Source: Salpingoeca rosetta
Taxonomy: Eukaryota; Protista; Choanoflagellata
Reading direction: 5' to 3'
Assembly: GCA_033442325.1 (NCBI GenBank)
Contig: JAWQFM010000002.1
Location: 2,396,183 to 2,460,182, forward strand
Length of the DNA stretch: 64,000 nt
Shown here one piece after another: positions 63,510 through 64,000 of this stretch; the stretch's first letter is position 1, and the number at the start of each line of letters is the position of its first letter. The notes beneath the pieces were generated by a model. It did no database searches. It had not been told where the DNA came from and was given only the letters and a program-made list of their open reading frames with translations. The position numbers and the translations under genes are program-made.

Positions 63510-64000
63510 ATGACAGCATCAAGAAGAAGGACACAGCGTGGAAGGGACTTTGAGGACTCCGTTGTGTACTCGTGCCACTCCGGTAACGTCGTTTACAACA
63601 CCACATCCGGCAGCACGCTCACCACGCTCCTTCCGCCAGACAGTACGCCTGCCTACATGACCTCGTTCACCCGCACGTGCCGGGCCGATCAGACCTACAC
63701 CAACACGGAGCTGGCGTGTCGTGACGTCAACGAGTGCGACCCAGACGCGTATGCAGCCTACACGGCCGCAACCGGCAACAGCGCCCAACAAGAGCAGTCG
63801 TTCAGCACGGCGTGCCAAGACGCATGCACCAACACAATTGGGTCGTTTGAGTGCTCCTGCCCTGCCGGGTTTGAGCTGCAAGCGGATGGGCGCTCGTGCG
63901 ATGTGCTGTCGTGTGGGCTGCCGCCTTCTCGTCCCTTTGCCACCGTGGCCAGCCAAGACCAGCCCCGCACCTACCAGCAGCAGGCGCTGTACACGTGCGA
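63510..64000 (+). CDS. Partial Sushi/CCP - calcium-binding EGF - Sushi extracellular protein (runs off the window; missing from the ORF track)
   Basis: Manual translation: DFEDSVVYSCHSG..FTRTCRADQTYTNTELAC-RDVNEC..CQDACTNTIGSFECSCPAGFELQADGRSC-DVLSCGLPP..QALYTC. Confidence 0.85.
   Translation, partial: MTASRRRTQRGRDFEDSVVYSCHSGNVVYNTTSGSTLTTLLPPDSTPAYMTSFTRTCRADQTYTNTELACRDVNECDPDAYAAYTAATGNSAQQEQSFSTACQDACTNTIGSFECSCPAGFELQADGRSCDVLSCGLPPSRPFATVASQDQPRTYQQQALYTC

Overview
Eukaryotic, intron-rich DNA with (CA)n/(GT)n microsatellites in most introns and three N-gaps. The style strongly resembles the choanoflagellate Salpingoeca rosetta (inference). Most long ORFs in the supplied track (VCVC/HTHT) are microsatellite artefacts, so genes were reassembled from GT-AG exons by eye. 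Left part (1-47 kb), ordinary host genes: an STPG/ODF3-like ciliary protein, an unknown gene, an ankyrin+SAM protein, RPA2 with a perfect palindromic E2F site, a large low-complexity protein with two tandem SH3-barrel-like repeats, EFHC2, a Cys-rich/mucin-repeat membrane protein, a secreted Cys-rich protein, a C2H2+ankyrin protein with a possible ArgRS-N-like domain, an ANKRD55-like gene with a telomere-like G-rich intron, and an intron-containing tRNA-Ser(UGA). Right part (47.6-64 kb), an accessory mosaic: a spliced Sola-type DDD transposase starting about 140 bp from the tRNA, a divergent but catalytically intact EXO1-family nuclease with a downstream U1-type zinc-finger exon, a tandemly duplicated WD40-like fragment, a WEE1 copy lacking its N-lobe and carrying frameshifts, an intronless 7-blade propeller gene with a frameshift, and a Sushi/EGF exon that begins mid-domain. 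This right-hand block is the best candidate for an undescribed system (gene-fragment capture or a cargo-carrying element), but its boundaries could not be identified.
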